Assembly (NCBI GenBank): GCA_049273895.1
Contig: JBASRQ010000071.1
Coordinates: 1-42,968, forward strand
Source of the DNA: Thermoplasmata archaeon
GTDB lineage: Archaea > Thermoplasmatota > Thermoplasmata > UBA10834
Length of the DNA: 42,968 nt
Direction: 5' to 3'
The notes beneath the pieces are model-generated. The model was not told the DNA's origin and ran no database searches. It was given only the letters and a program-made list of their open reading frames with translations. The position numbers and the translations under genes are program-made. The first letter of the stretch is position 1. Each line of letters opens with the position of its first letter. Shown one piece after another: positions 42,826 to 42,968 of this stretch.

Positions 42826-42968
42826 CAGATCTCCCTCCGAATGAACCGGAATCGAGGGAAGACAACATAAACAATTGCATGAGACAGGACTAGGAGGCAA
42901 CTATCCTATCACGAGCGCGCCGGTATGGTGTCCCCTGCGTACGCGCGAACATGCTTGCCGCTGAATGT

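Noticed and set aside
1-42968. CRISPR arrays, IS elements, or long DNA-level tandem repeats
   Set aside because: Reading through the intergenic regions, I found no regularly spaced direct repeats. The only periodicities are protein-level (62-aa and 34-aa repeats) and are too diverged to be DNA repeats. No transposase-like ORFs were seen.

Overview
Gene-dense, GC-rich chromosomal segment that is clearly archaeal. Hallmarks are sn-glycerol-1-phosphate dehydrogenase, membrane-anchored LonB, Hel308, Cgi121, archaeal-type NMN adenylyltransferase, the thiolase/HMG-CoA synthase/DUF35 trio, UPF0179, an iron-sulfur flavoprotein, and an intron-containing tRNA with a bulge-helix-bulge-like fold. I count about 38 protein genes and 2 tRNAs. 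Many gene pairs have 1-4 nt start/stop overlaps (ATGA, TTGA, GTGA), and several starts are TTG/GTG preceded by GGTG/GGAGG-type ribosome-binding sites. Most of the content is housekeeping: nucleotide, NAD, isoprenoid and amino-acid metabolism, proteolysis and DNA repair. I saw no CRISPR array, transposase, integrase, or recognisable toxin or defence module. The most unusual content is two roughly 1,500-aa cytosolic solenoid proteins. One (23351-27862) has about 21 tandem ~62-residue helical repeats, an Ig-like beta domain and a C4HC3 finger. The other (36957-41414) has about 31 TPRs, a globular region, an R/E/P-rich low-complexity region and a B-box2-like finger. Each therefore ends in an eight-ligand, cross-brace-type zinc-finger signature of a kind best known from eukaryotic ubiquitin-system and scaffold proteins. 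Secondary points are listed below.
- A class II ribonucleotide reductase is split by a 267-codon intein with a decayed endonuclease.
- A long GC-rich leader precedes that gene.
- A KaiC/RecA-like ATPase is paired with a P-loop-less paralogue.
- A sensor-less histidine kinase sits with a stand-alone receiver.
- There is an orphan beta-grasp protein ending in GG.
- Histidine-catabolism genes are scattered across the window.
- A small low-GC tRNA island carries two unassignable small ORFs.
All calls come from reading motifs by eye. No similarity searches were run, coordinates of internal motifs were hand-counted, and the functional ideas for the giant proteins are hypotheses.
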